A program made the position numbers and the translations under genes. The notes beneath the pieces are model-generated. The model saw only the letters and a program-made list of their open reading frames with translations, had not been told where the DNA came from and did no database searches. Positions 48,044-57,582 of a stretch of 58,360 nt of DNA are shown here, one piece after another (position 1 is the first letter of the stretch; the number at the start of each line of letters is the position of its first letter). The stretch lies in contig JAISYG010000025.1 in NCBI GenBank assembly GCA_031270075.1, positions 1-58,360 of the forward strand, given 5' to 3'. This DNA comes from Dysgonamonadaceae bacterium (GTDB lineage Bacteria > Bacteroidota > Bacteroidia > Bacteroidales > Azobacteroidaceae).

Positions 48044-49342
48044 TTATTGATCTTTTTTCTTCCCGTAAGCCGGATCGATTTTCAACAGCGACACGGCGAT
48101 GACGGGAATGATACTGCAAATCATCACCCATATAAAAAAGTGATTGTATCCCAATTGTTCCTGCAACCAGCCGGCGAACATGCCGGGGAGCATCATGCCC
48201 AGGGCCATAAATCCCGTACAAATTGCGTAATGCGCGGTTTTGTGGCGGCCTTCGGAGAAATACATCAGGTACAGCATGTAGGCGGTGAAGCCAAAGCCGT
48301 AACCGAATTGTTCGACAAATACGCAAACGTTGATGATGATCCAGTCGCCGGTTTGCGAAAAACTCAGATAGACAAAGGTGGCGGCGGTGAGCAACATGCT
48401 GAGTGTCATGGGCCAGAGCCATTTTTTTAGTCCACCGTGGGAAGCGGCGATGCCGCCGATGATTCCGCCCAACATCAGGGCGATGATACCTACTATGCCA
48501 TAAACCAAACCGACTTCTTCCGTTGTTAAGCCTAAGCCACCCTGTTCGATCGGATCGAGCAGGAAAGGCGAAAAAAGTTTCTGTAACTGCGCTTCGGCGA
48601 AACGGAAAGTTAACATAAAGAACAGGGCTGTCAGCAATTGCGGTTTCTTGAAAAAAGACACAAAAGTTTCCACAAATTCTTTCAAGATATCGTTGGCTTT
48701 CAAATCCGGGTTGGGCGCATCCGATTCCGGTTTGGGCAAAACAAAGCGGTGATAAAAACTGAACAGGATAAACAATCCGGCCAATACAAAAAAGGTAATC
48801 GACCATGCAAAAGGGATGTTTCCCGTTACCCTTTCGAGGTATCCGGCCAAAAAAATCAACGCTCCCTGTCCGACGAGCGTTGCTGTGCGATAAAACACGC
48901 TTCGGATACCCACGTACATCGCTTGCTGATTAACACTCAATCCCAGCATATAAAAGCCGTCGGCGGCAATGTCGTGCGTAGCCGAACTGAATGCCAGCAA
49001 ATAAAAGAATGCCAGCGTAGCCTGAAAATAAAAGGGTGCAGGTGTGGTGAAAGCGATACCGGCGAATCCGGCGCCAATCAACAGTTGGGTAATGACTATC
49101 CACCAGCGTTTGGTTTTCAGAATATCAACGAAAGGACTCCAAAAAGGTTTAATAATCCAAGGCAAATACAACAAACTGGTATAAAAAGCGATATCCGCGT
49201 TGGGCATGCCTAAGTTTTTATACAGGATGACGGAGAGGCTCATCACCGCCACATACGGCAAGCCTTCTGCCAAATAAAGCGAAGGAATCCATGCCCAGGG
49301 CGAAATCGTTCTATTCTTTTGTTTCTCTTTCATATCATTCAA
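48044..49342 (-). CDS. ampG: AmpG-like MFS muropeptide permease
   Basis: LYLAEGLP, LPWIIKPFWSPFVD, SATHDIAADG motifs; ~12 TM. Confidence 0.85.
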   Translation of the reverse strand: MNDMKEKQKNRTISPWAWIPSLYLAEGLPYVAVMSLSVILYKNLGMPNADIAFYTSLLYLPWIIKPFWSPFVDILKTKRWWIVITQLLIGAGFAGIAFTTPAPFYFQATLAFFYLLAFSSATHDIAADGFYMLGLSVNQQAMYVGIRSVFYRTATLVGQGALIFLAGYLERVTGNIPFAWSITFFVLAGLFILFSFYHRFVLPKPESDAPNPDLKANDILKEFVETFVSFFKKPQLLTALFFMLTFRFAEAQLQKLFSPFLLDPIEQGGLGLTTEEVGLVYGIVGIIALMLGGIIGGIAASHGGLKKWLWPMTLSMLLTAATFVYLSFSQTGDWIIINVCVFVEQFGYGFGFTAYMLYLMYFSEGRHKTAHYAICTGFMALGMMLPGMFAGWLQEQLGYNHFFIWVMICSIIPVIAVSLLKIDPAYGKKKDQ

Positions 49343-49375
49343 TCCTATCCATCCTATTCATTCTATTCATCACCG

Positions 49376-50854
49376 TCAATCACCGTTCAGACGTTTCCGA
49401 GCCAATAATTCTATCGTCCGAATCCGGTCTTTATAGGAATTATGGGCGTTCTGTTTATGAATATCCAAAGAAGCGTCGGAATTATCGTCCCAACGGCGGC
49501 AGAGATACAACGGCTTGTAGATGCGTCCGATGCGATACCGGCTCGAAATAGACAATCCTGCAGCGTAGTCTTCGCCGTAACTGGTATTGGGAAGCTTGAT
49601 TTTCCGCAATACCGGCGTGTAGAAAGCTCTCGGAGCGCCCAGTCCGTTGATACGCAAAGCGTTGTTTCGTCCGTTGTCGGGCGTCCATTCGCGGTGGTCG
49701 ATGATGCCGGGCGGTATTTCTTCCAGTTTGAAATTGACCATCCGGTAAGTGCCGACAATCATGGCGCAGTTCTGTTCATAAAACGCATCGACAACCGTTT
49801 GGATCACCTGGTTGTCGATGTATATATCGTCGCTATCTAATTGGATAGCGAACTTGCCGCATTGCGGGTGCATAATAGCGGTATTCCAACAACCGCCGAT
49901 GCCCAGATCGTTCCGGTTGGGAATGATGTGTATCAAACGGGAATCGGTAGCGGCGATTTTCTGCAACAGTTCCGTCGTCCGATCGGTGGAGTGATTATCG
50001 ACCACTATCAGGTTGAAAGGGAATTGTGTTTCCTGCTCCAATACCGAGCGAACAGCGTCTTCGATGGTTTTTTCGCGGTTGCGCACCGGTATCACCACCG
50101 AAGCTTCGACCGGAAAACGTTCTTCGGAAAAACTTACGGGGGTAAATTCCGGTTTCAACCAGGCTCCGATTGTTTTCAGGTGGTGGGTGCAAGCCTGTTC
50201 CATTTCGATTTGTACTTGCCGGTTTTTCGGATCGACGTAATCGAATATTTTCTCGCCCGATGAACGGTGGTCGGTTTCCAGTTCCGTATACAGCGGTTCC
50301 GGTAAATGGAACAAACGGTATTTTTGGGAAACTTTCAGGCGTAAATCGTACAAAGCGGCCGACCGGTAATCGACATCCATTGCATTTACCGCCTCTATGA
50401 AAGCATCGGAACGGTAGAGCAGCAAGGAACCGAAATCGAAATCGTCGCGCAAACTGCCTTCCTGATAATCAATAACCGGATGTGCTTGTTGTACGCCGCC
50501 CCTGATTTTGTAACAATCGGTGTATACCAAACCCGCTTTTGTATTGCCGGCTACCTGTAACATTCGTTCGATGGCGTAAGCACCTAACTGCAACGGTAAT
50601 GATTGTATATATAATAAGGTGTAAGGCGTGCGGATTTCGCCGGCCAAAATTTTTAATGTGGATGTCTGCTGCAAGGTATTTGCAAGTAAACCGATACATC
50701 CTTCCGGTAGAACTACATTGGGATTGTCTTTGTGAATCAAATATATAGTATCTATTTCACTACACAATCGTAATTCCTTCACTGTGCTTTTTGTGTTTTC
50801 CCCGGTACTGTAAGGTAAAAAACACGTAATGTTCTTTTCGCTGTTTGTATTCAT
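49376..50854 (-). CDS. Glycosyltransferase family 2 protein (two GT-A-like halves)
   Basis: SVVIPVRNR, VVDNHSTD, QLDSDD, YGEDY; start at MNTNSE downstream of promoter. Confidence 0.85.
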   Translation of the reverse strand: MNTNSEKNITCFLPYSTGENTKSTVKELRLCSEIDTIYLIHKDNPNVVLPEGCIGLLANTLQQTSTLKILAGEIRTPYTLLYIQSLPLQLGAYAIERMLQVAGNTKAGLVYTDCYKIRGGVQQAHPVIDYQEGSLRDDFDFGSLLLYRSDAFIEAVNAMDVDYRSAALYDLRLKVSQKYRLFHLPEPLYTELETDHRSSGEKIFDYVDPKNRQVQIEMEQACTHHLKTIGAWLKPEFTPVSFSEERFPVEASVVIPVRNREKTIEDAVRSVLEQETQFPFNLIVVDNHSTDRTTELLQKIAATDSRLIHIIPNRNDLGIGGCWNTAIMHPQCGKFAIQLDSDDIYIDNQVIQTVVDAFYEQNCAMIVGTYRMVNFKLEEIPPGIIDHREWTPDNGRNNALRINGLGAPRAFYTPVLRKIKLPNTSYGEDYAAGLSISSRYRIGRIYKPLYLCRRWDDNSDASLDIHKQNAHNSYKDRIRTIELLARKRLNGD

Positions 50855-50884
50855 GTAGGGAATCTGTATCAAACAATAATGCTT

Positions 50885-50916
50885 CAAAGATAGATATTAT
50901 TTTTTTAAAAAACAAA
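50885..50916 (-). promoter_or_regulatory. Bacteroidetes promoter for GT2-ampG (and possibly downstream locus)
   Basis: TATCTTTG (50892-50885) and TTTG (50916-50913), 20-nt spacer. Confidence 0.7.
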
Positions 50917-51124
50917 AAAAATTGTCATACATGTTATATAAATATAGCATTTTTCTTTTTTTCCACTGATACCGTTAAAATTTCCGGATTTTTTGTTGTT
51001 AAATTCATTAATATGTATTAATTTTGAACCCGATGGTATTTTCTCCTCCAATGAATTATGGGAGGAGAAAACTTGTAATACAAATTTTCAATTAAGAATT
51101 GATAGAAAAAACACAAAGAAAACA

Positions 51125-51931
51125 ATGGTCAGTATCACAGAATCTCCGTCGGTCTTTCAGCATTTAGACCGGATGTCGGTAAGCGAACTTTTAATCGGGA
51201 TGAATCAGGAAGATGCTAAAGTGCCTTCAGCCATCCAGGAAATAATTCCTCAAATAGAACGGTTTATTGACAGGATATTGGAACGAATGTCTTCCGGAGG
51301 ACGTGTTTTTTATTTAGGTGCGGGCACAAGCGGCCGCTTAGGGGTGTTGGATGCTTCCGAAATTCCGCCCACTTTCGGCGTATCGCCGGGCATTATTATC
51401 GGTTTGATTGCCGGCGGTGATGTGGCTTTGCGAAGTGCGGTCGAAGCGGCGGAAGATAATCCCAACAGAGCGTGGGAAGAACTTCAAGCGTTCGATATTC
51501 ATGCTATGGATACGGTGATTGGCATTGCGGCTTCGGGAACGACGCCTTATGTGATCGGCGGCGTGAAACAAGCGCGTGAAAACGGATTGTTGACGGGATG
51601 TATTACATGTAATCCCGGTTCTCCTTTAGCACAGGCAGCCGAACATCCCATCGAAGCCGTGGTGGGGCCGGAATTTGTAACCGGCAGTACGCGAATGAAG
51701 GCAGGCACCGCCCAAAAATTGATTCTGAATATGATTTCTACTACTTTAATGATTAAAATGGGACGGGTGAAAGGGAATAAAATGGTCAATATGCAGTTGA
51801 CCAATAAAAAATTGGTGGAACGCGGCACCCGGATGATTGTAGATGAATTACATATTCCCAAGGGAGAGGCCAAGACTTTACTTTTGAAATACGGGTCGGT
51901 GAAAAAGGTGTTGGATGCTGTTTCATCATAA
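51125..51931 (+). CDS. murQ: N-acetylmuramic acid 6-phosphate etherase
   Basis: GAGTSGRLGVLDASE, GIAASGTTPYV, VGPEFVTGSTRMKAGTAQKLILNMIS; start at MVSITE. Confidence 0.96.
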   Translation: MVSITESPSVFQHLDRMSVSELLIGMNQEDAKVPSAIQEIIPQIERFIDRILERMSSGGRVFYLGAGTSGRLGVLDASEIPPTFGVSPGIIIGLIAGGDVALRSAVEAAEDNPNRAWEELQAFDIHAMDTVIGIAASGTTPYVIGGVKQARENGLLTGCITCNPGSPLAQAAEHPIEAVVGPEFVTGSTRMKAGTAQKLILNMISTTLMIKMGRVKGNKMVNMQLTNKKLVERGTRMIVDELHIPKGEAKTLLLKYGSVKKVLDAVSS

Positions 51932-51964
51932 TACTTAGGCACCTTCGCTAAACAGGTAAAATTT

Positions 51965-52024
51965 AGAACCGGAGAACAGATAAAAGTCGGACTTTTTTTG
52001 TTTTCCGGTTCTCTTTTGTTTTTT
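51965..52024 (+). terminator. Terminator after murQ
   Basis: AGAACCGGAGAACA...TGTTTTCCGGTTCT followed by CTTTTGTTTTTT. Confidence 0.65.
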
Positions 52025-52040
52025 GCCGTCATTGATTCAC

Positions 52041-52090
52041 TCCGCAAGTCGCTGACTTGCGGTTATGAAAATATTGTCTTTCAGACAATA
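52041..52090 (-). repeat. Solitary diverged copy of the REP-like element found as an array at 57583-57818
   Basis: Reverse complement CTGAAAGACAATATTTTCATAACCGCAAGTCAGCGACTTGCGG vs CTGAAAGACAAAACCTTCATAACCGCAGGTCATCGACCTGCGG. Confidence 0.8.
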
Positions 52091-52393
52091 AATCCACATT
52101 ACTTGTGTCATTCTGTGAAATAGTTGGGATAATTTTTGTAATTGACGAACGTGCCTCAATGGTTCCGACCCGTTGAATCAGGGGCATATAGAAAACGCGT
52201 AGAATCTCTTCTCCACGTTTCCTCCATGTTTATTAATGTATTCGTTTTGGTTTTTACAAGGAAGTTAACCAGACTCCCTTGCATCAGACTAATTGATCTG
52301 CCCTTTTCAGGTTATTTCCAAACCTTTATCTTATGGAACTTACATGCAAAGGAAAAGACTTTTTTGTAATCCGCAAAACAATTCAGGTTATCT

Positions 52394-53275
52394 TTATGTT
52401 AATAATTTATTATCTTTTTTACCACCGAGCGTGCTCAAAAAATCGACGGAATGATACGAAGAACGAACCAAAGGCCCACTTTCGACATGGACAAACTGCA
52501 AAGCCAAGGCTTTTTCCCTGTAACGTTCAAAAACATCGGGCGAGATATAGGCGCTTACCGGAATATTTTTACGCGAAGGTTGCAAATATTGTCCGATAGA
52601 AAGCAGGCTACAACCGTTTTCCCGTAAATTCAGCAAGGTTTCCATCACTTCCGCTTCGGTTTCTCCCAGCCCCAGCATCAAGCCCGATTTGGCGGGAATA
52701 CCGGCGCCAGCGATTTGTTTCAACACGGCCAGACTGACTTCATAGCGGGCTACACTTCGCACCACCGGTGTCAACCGGCGCACGGTTTCGATGTTGTGTG
52801 AAAGAATATCCGGCCGGATGCCGATTAGTTGATCCAACTGTTCGGCATTGCCGCGAAAATCGGGTATCAACGCTTCGATGCTAACATCCGGATTGATTTC
52901 TTTGATTTTCCGGAGCGTCGCCACCCAATGAGAAGCGCCCGCATCCGACAGATCGTCCCGGTCGACGGAAGTAATAACGGCATGACGGACACCCAGTAAA
53001 CGAATCGATTCCGCCACTTTCTGCGGTTCATCCGCATCCAAAGGCAAAGGTTTGCCGGAACGGGTATTGCAGAATTTACAGGAACGAGTGCAAATATCGC
53101 CTCCAATCAAAAAAGTAGCGGTCCGGCGATTCCAGCATTCGCCTAAATTGGGGCATCGCCCGCTCTCGCAAATCGTATGCAAGCCGTGTTTTCTGACAAT
53201 GGTAGCGGTCGCTTGAAAACCGGCATTATTTCCCGGATTCACCCGCAGCCATTCCGGTTTACGTAAGCGCTCCAT
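52394..53275 (-). CDS. lipA: Lipoyl synthase
   Basis: RKPEWLR, CESGRCPNLGEC, CTRSCKFC, GPLVRSSYH. Confidence 0.97.
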   Translation of the reverse strand: MERLRKPEWLRVNPGNNAGFQATATIVRKHGLHTICESGRCPNLGECWNRRTATFLIGGDICTRSCKFCNTRSGKPLPLDADEPQKVAESIRLLGVRHAVITSVDRDDLSDAGASHWVATLRKIKEINPDVSIEALIPDFRGNAEQLDQLIGIRPDILSHNIETVRRLTPVVRSVARYEVSLAVLKQIAGAGIPAKSGLMLGLGETEAEVMETLLNLRENGCSLLSIGQYLQPSRKNIPVSAYISPDVFERYREKALALQFVHVESGPLVRSSYHSVDFLSTLGGKKDNKLLT

Positions 53276-55446
53276 CAGTTATTTGTTTGCAAAAAGTCAA
53301 TAATCCGGGTATATAAATGCCGCCGTGTTTTCACGCCCGTTAAACTGTGGTTTTTATTGGAATAAATCTGCATATCGAAGTTTTTTCCGGCTTCCACAAG
53401 CGCTGCCGAATAATCCATTGTGTTTTGAAAATGCACATTATCGTCGGAAGTCCCGTGTACGAGCAGTACATTTCCCTGCAACTGATGGGCCAATTGAATG
53501 GGAGAACAGAGATCGTAATTCGTGAAATTTTCGTTCGGCGTGCGCATAAACCGTTCGGTATATACCGAATCGTAATACCGCCAATCGGTTACGGGTGCGA
53601 TGGCAATACCGGCTTTAAACACACCGTTTCCCCGGCTCATGCTCATTAAGGTATTAAATCCGCCGTAGCTCCATCCCCAAATAGCCATTCGTCCGGAATC
53701 GATATACGATTGGGTTCCCAAGTACCGGGCGGCTGCAATCTGGTCGTCCGACTCCAGTAAACCCAATTTCAGGTAGGTGCATTTCCGGAACGCTTCGCCA
53801 CGGGCGCCGGTTCCCCGTCCGTCCACAGCCGCTATCACATACCCCTGTTCGGCTAAATAATAATACCAGTCCATTCCGTAGCGGTCTAAAACCTCCTGAG
53901 AATCGGGGCCGCCATACTGAACCAGGAGTAAAGGATAACGTTTGCCCGCATCCGGATGAGAAGGCTTAATCATCCAGCCGTTCAATTCATCACCGGCATC
54001 GTTGGTAAAAGTGAAAAAAGTTTTGGGAGAAAACCGGACTTCGGACAATTGTTTGCCGACATTCGCATTGTCGTTCAAAACACAAAGTTCTTTTCCCTTT
54101 TCATTCCGAATGGAAATAATATTCGGCGTCGTTACATTGGAAAAATGATTCACCCAATAATTGAAATTCGTATTAAAATCCGCCCGGTTGACTCCCGTTT
54201 GAGTCGACAGTTTGGTTTTTACCCCCTTCCTGTCGATTTTATAGATCGAACGCCGCAAAGGACTTTCTTCAGCCGATTGATAGTAAACCGTTTGTGTTTC
54301 GGGATGAATGCCGTATAAAGCCGTTACATCCCATTGACCGGAAGTGAGTTGTTTCTCCAAGACACCGGTCATCGAATAGAGATAGATATGGGCAAAGCCG
54401 TCTTTTTCACTTACATAAGCCAAATGGTCGTTGGAAAAAGCAATGGAAAGAATCCAATCCGAATTGATATAATACGCGCTTTCATCGTGCAATACCAATT
54501 TGGAAAGGGTGGAACGTGGATTCACCAAATACATATTGAAGTTATTTTGATGCCGGTTCAGGGTCATCACTGCCAACTGATCCGTATTTCCGGTAAACCG
54601 GATAGCCGGAATATAACCGTCGTTATCCAACGGAACATCCATTTTTTTTGTGTCTTTGGTTTCGATATTGTAAGCATAGCAAGCTACTTTCGAGTTGTTT
54701 TGTCCGGCCTTGGGATATTTGTAAGTATGAAAATTCGGATACAGACTCCCGTCGAACACCGGGAAAGAGTAAGTCGGCGTTTCCGTTTCGTCCGACCGCA
54801 CGAATGCCAGAAACCGACTATCGGCCGACCACGACAGCAGACGGGTTTGTGTAAATTCTTCTTCATACACCCAATCGGTAATCCCGTTCAGGATTTTTCC
54901 GAAACTTCCGTCTTTGGTAACCGGCGATTCCGTATCGTAATCGAATTTTTTAATCCAGATATTATGGTCGCGGACAAAAGCGGCCATTCGTCCATCGGGC
55001 GAAAAGGTCGGAATACGGATTTTTCCCGGCGTATCGGACAGCGGTTGGAGATAATTCCGCCGCACATCGTAATCATAGACATCGGCTTGCCACGAACGGC
55101 GGTAAATTGGTTCTTTTTCATTCCACACCAGCATCCGGAGGCCGCGGCTATCGATCCGGTACCCTTCGATAGACGGCAAGCGCGTTTCCCGCACGTTATC
55201 TACATGGAACAACGTATCGACCAGTCGGCCGGTTGAGTAGGCGTATTTCAAAATGGCTTTCCTGTCGGGACTCAGAATGGTGTAATGCTCCCCATCGGGT
55301 AACGCTTGCATCTCGGAAATACCTTTTGCCGCATATTTCCCGGAAACAATATCATTCAACAATAATGGATTACTGCCTGTTTGCGCATATAAAGCCGCCA
55401 TCCAAACCCCACTCAGAAAGACTAAATAAATTTTTTTCTTATTCAT
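53275..55446 (-). CDS. Dipeptidyl peptidase IV (S9B)
   Basis: DWVYEEE, GWSYGG, HGTSDDNVHFQ, catalytic His in NKNHS; start MNKKKI; TGATG overlap with lipA. Confidence 0.95.
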   Translation of the reverse strand: MNKKKIYLVFLSGVWMAALYAQTGSNPLLLNDIVSGKYAAKGISEMQALPDGEHYTILSPDRKAILKYAYSTGRLVDTLFHVDNVRETRLPSIEGYRIDSRGLRMLVWNEKEPIYRRSWQADVYDYDVRRNYLQPLSDTPGKIRIPTFSPDGRMAAFVRDHNIWIKKFDYDTESPVTKDGSFGKILNGITDWVYEEEFTQTRLLSWSADSRFLAFVRSDETETPTYSFPVFDGSLYPNFHTYKYPKAGQNNSKVACYAYNIETKDTKKMDVPLDNDGYIPAIRFTGNTDQLAVMTLNRHQNNFNMYLVNPRSTLSKLVLHDESAYYINSDWILSIAFSNDHLAYVSEKDGFAHIYLYSMTGVLEKQLTSGQWDVTALYGIHPETQTVYYQSAEESPLRRSIYKIDRKGVKTKLSTQTGVNRADFNTNFNYWVNHFSNVTTPNIISIRNEKGKELCVLNDNANVGKQLSEVRFSPKTFFTFTNDAGDELNGWMIKPSHPDAGKRYPLLLVQYGGPDSQEVLDRYGMDWYYYLAEQGYVIAAVDGRGTGARGEAFRKCTYLKLGLLESDDQIAAARYLGTQSYIDSGRMAIWGWSYGGFNTLMSMSRGNGVFKAGIAIAPVTDWRYYDSVYTERFMRTPNENFTNYDLCSPIQLAHQLQGNVLLVHGTSDDNVHFQNTMDYSAALVEAGKNFDMQIYSNKNHSLTGVKTRRHLYTRIIDFLQTNN

Positions 55447-55469
55447 AAAAAACAATATCAATTCTGATG

Positions 55470-55498
55470 CAAAGATAAAGGAATAGTTTTTATCTTTG
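55470..55498. promoter_or_regulatory. Back-to-back -7 promoter boxes for DPP-IV (minus) and ORF6N/DUF2851 (plus)
   Basis: caaagata 55470-55477 (TATCTTTG on minus) and TATCTTTG 55491-55498. Confidence 0.65.
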
Positions 55499-55532
55499 TA
55501 CAAATTATAGAACAAAAACAAACTTAACAGGT

Positions 55533-55898
55533 ATGAACAATTTGCAAGTTATCCAAACCAGAGTGTTTGAAGTACGAAATCAACGAGTAATGCTTGACTT
55601 TCATTTAGCCGAGATGTACGAAATCGAAACGCGCGTTCTCAAACAAGCCGTACGGCGAAACAGGGAGCGATTTCCTTCTGATTTTATGTTTCAATTAACG
55701 AAAGAAGAGTCTAACTCTTTAATGCTTAGTTGGGTATCACAACTTGTGATATCCCCCCTCTACAACTTCGGAGTTTCCCATCCCTTTGCATTTACGGAAC
55801 AAGGTATTGCTATGCTATCGAGTGTTTTGAAAAGCCCAAAAGCCATTCAAATCAATATCGCTATTATGAAGAGAAAGAAACTAAACCCCGGCCGGTGA
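55533..55898 (+). CDS. ORF6N-domain DNA-binding protein, apparently C-terminally truncated
   Basis: [54 protein letters not shown]; ends right after IAIM. Confidence 0.85.
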   Translation: MNNLQVIQTRVFEVRNQRVMLDFHLAEMYEIETRVLKQAVRRNRERFPSDFMFQLTKEESNSLMLSWVSQLVISPLYNFGVSHPFAFTEQGIAMLSSVLKSPKAIQINIAIMKRKKLNPGR

Positions 55899-55920
55899 AA
55901 GGCTTTAATATCAACTAACG

Positions 55921-57195
55921 ATGGAACGTTTATTACACTACGTCTGGAAACACCGCTTGTATGGTTCCGGCGATTTCAAAACCTCGGAAGGCGCAAGGCT
56001 GGAAATTATTGATCCCGGAACGCACAACACCGATGCAGGCCCCGATTTCTTCAATGCTAAAATCAAATTAGACGGGAAACTTTGGGCGGGTAATGTGGAA
56101 ATCCACACATACGCTTCCGATTGGTACAAACACAGGCACAATAACGATAAAGCGTATAATTCCGTTATTCTGCATGTAGTAGAACATCTCGACGAAAGTC
56201 GGATCGACAACCTGCTCGGCTCCCCCATTCCACAGTGGATGATGCCCATACCGGAAACCATCCGGGAAAATTATCTCTATTTGGCGAATCACGATTGTCC
56301 GATTCCTTGCCTGAACCGCATCCGGGAAATCCCCGAAATTTACTGGATGGACTGGAAAAACGCGCTGACCGCCGAACGCCTGGAACGCAAAACACAAACC
56401 ATTTTCCAACTGCTTCAGAACTATTCCGACGATTGGAATGAAGTATTGTATATTACACTCGCCCGCAATTTCGGTTTCGGTATCAATAACGACGCTTTTG
56501 AACGCTTAGCCAAAAGCCTCCCTTTACGTTACATTCTCAAACACAGCGATTCGCCCCATCAGGTAGAAGCTCTTTTTCTGGGACAAGCCGGATTGCTGGA
56601 AGAAGAAATACCGGACGACGATTATTACCGGTCTTTGCAACAGGAATACCGTTTTCTCGGTAAAAAATACGAACTGCATCCACTGGATGCGTCGCTTTTC
56701 AAAAGCCTGCGGATACGCCCGAACAACTTCCCGCACATCAAAATCATTCAATTAGCCGGCTTTACAGGCGCCGGACAAAACCTGTTTTCCAGGATACTTG
56801 AAAAAGAAACGATTCGCGATTTCCAATCCCTGTTCTTTTCCGACGTTCCCGCTTATTGGGAAACGCACTACCGGTTCGGAAAATCATCGCCCCGACGCAA
56901 AAAAAGTTTGGGATTATCGGCCATTCACATCCTGTTAATCAATACAGTTATCCCTGTTTTGTTTGCTTACGGGAAAAAGAAAAACCGGGAAGAATGGATG
57001 CAAAAAGCTTTCGATCTGTTGGAAGCCATTCCTTCGGAAAAGAATCACATCGTTTATCCGTTTATCCATGCCGGAGTAAAAAGCGCCCATGCCGGCGACA
57101 GCCAAGCGCTTATTCAACTCCGAAAGGAATATTGCGATCGGAAGAAATGCATTTTCTGCCGGATTGGGCATCGGTTGTTGGCGCGGGAAGGGTAA
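55921..57195 (+). CDS. DUF2851 family protein
   Basis: MERLLHYVW, DAGPDFFNA, GNVEIH, VILHVV, RPNNFP, C-terminal YC..KKC..CRIG. Confidence 0.9.
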   Translation: MERLLHYVWKHRLYGSGDFKTSEGARLEIIDPGTHNTDAGPDFFNAKIKLDGKLWAGNVEIHTYASDWYKHRHNNDKAYNSVILHVVEHLDESRIDNLLGSPIPQWMMPIPETIRENYLYLANHDCPIPCLNRIREIPEIYWMDWKNALTAERLERKTQTIFQLLQNYSDDWNEVLYITLARNFGFGINNDAFERLAKSLPLRYILKHSDSPHQVEALFLGQAGLLEEEIPDDDYYRSLQQEYRFLGKKYELHPLDASLFKSLRIRPNNFPHIKIIQLAGFTGAGQNLFSRILEKETIRDFQSLFFSDVPAYWETHYRFGKSSPRRKKSLGLSAIHILLINTVIPVLFAYGKKKNREEWMQKAFDLLEAIPSEKNHIVYPFIHAGVKSAHAGDSQALIQLRKEYCDRKKCIFCRIGHRLLAREG

Positions 57196-57458
57196 ATTGG
57201 TAAAACACTGATATTCACGCCGTTTTTTGAAATCATAGTCGATTCATCTAAGGAAAACAATAGCCACGTTTCTTTCAAATAACCTAAATAGTCAATAACG
57301 GTTGTTGGTACTGATTCTTTTTCGTCGTATATATTCGACAAATACACAGCTTTTTTATCGAATATACAAGTTTCTGCGATGGAAAAACGCGGTAATTTTT
57401 CAGGTTCATGCAATTTTCTGCCGGATCGGACATCGGTTGTTGGTGCGGGAAGGGTAAA
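57151..57458 (+). mobile_element. 46-bp direct repeats (duplicated DUF2851 3' end) flanking a ~216-bp remnant; probable att-site scar
   Basis: 57151-57196 vs 57413-57458, 3 mismatches. Confidence 0.7.
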
Positions 57459-57582
57459 AGGTTTGCCTGCAAAAATACGACAAAAATCACAACAAACTAT
57501 TACAAAGATTGTTATATCCTTAATTGTCTATGCTTTGTCTAATTATGTCCTCATTCCAATCCAAAGCACATAAACCTAAGTA

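Noticed and set aside
50993-51124. N-terminal extensions given by the ORF track for murQ (also namZ, GT2, DPP-IV and 41934-42896)
   Set aside because: Extensions overlap promoters or neighbouring genes; downstream ATGs give the family-typical N-terminus or signal peptide
52091-52393. Small ORFs between murQ and lipA
   Set aside because: No recognisable homology, motif or clear translation signal
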